Origin: the human T2T-CHM13v2.0 reference genome, Homo sapiens
Length of the DNA: 64,000 nt
Assembly (NCBI RefSeq): GCF_009914755.1
Contig: NC_060947.1
Direction: 5' to 3' (one strand)
Under the pieces are notes generated by a model. It was not told the origin of the DNA, did no database searches, and was given only the letters and a program-made list of their open reading frames with translations. The translations under genes were made by a program, and so were the position numbers. Shown here in pieces: positions 63,951 through 64,000 of the stretch; the first letter of the stretch is position 1, and every line of letters starts with the position of its first letter.

Positions 63951-64000
63951 AAAAAAATACAAGTATGAGACACCCCCAGAACAATTATATAAATAAGTAA

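Overview
AT-rich, repeat-dense primate (most likely human) genomic DNA. One intact cellular CDS is present: the intronless NAP1L3 gene (minus strand, 46953-48473, 506 aa), recognised from its protein sequence and placing the window on Xq21. It starts in a CpG island that appears to be a bidirectional promoter. On the plus side are two non-coding exon-like segments that fit the 5' exons of the known head-to-head neighbour FAM133A, whose CDS is not in this window. Most of the rest is transposable-element debris: two full-length LINE-1s (L1PA3-like, about 2474-8640, and L1PA7-like, about 35609-41790), two complete MSTA-type MaLR proviruses with TSDs, several truncated L1PA/L1PB/L1MA-L1ME pieces, five Alus, a Tigger3 element, MLT2 and other LTRs, MIR/L2 relics and microsatellites. 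Almost all other ORFs in the track are L1 fragments or spurious. I found no convincing new biological system. The best leads are: (i) a switch in L1 orientation at the promoter, together with a splice donor in the NAP1L3 leader and a candidate distal minus-strand exon, hinting at a longer spliced minus-strand transcript; (ii) an L1PA3 whose ORFs keep their frame and are broken essentially only by point stops; (iii) a scrambled L1 junction and a twin-primed L1; (iv) several hairpin or repeat structures. Subfamily names and boundaries were assigned by eye and need RepeatMasker/Dfam confirmation.
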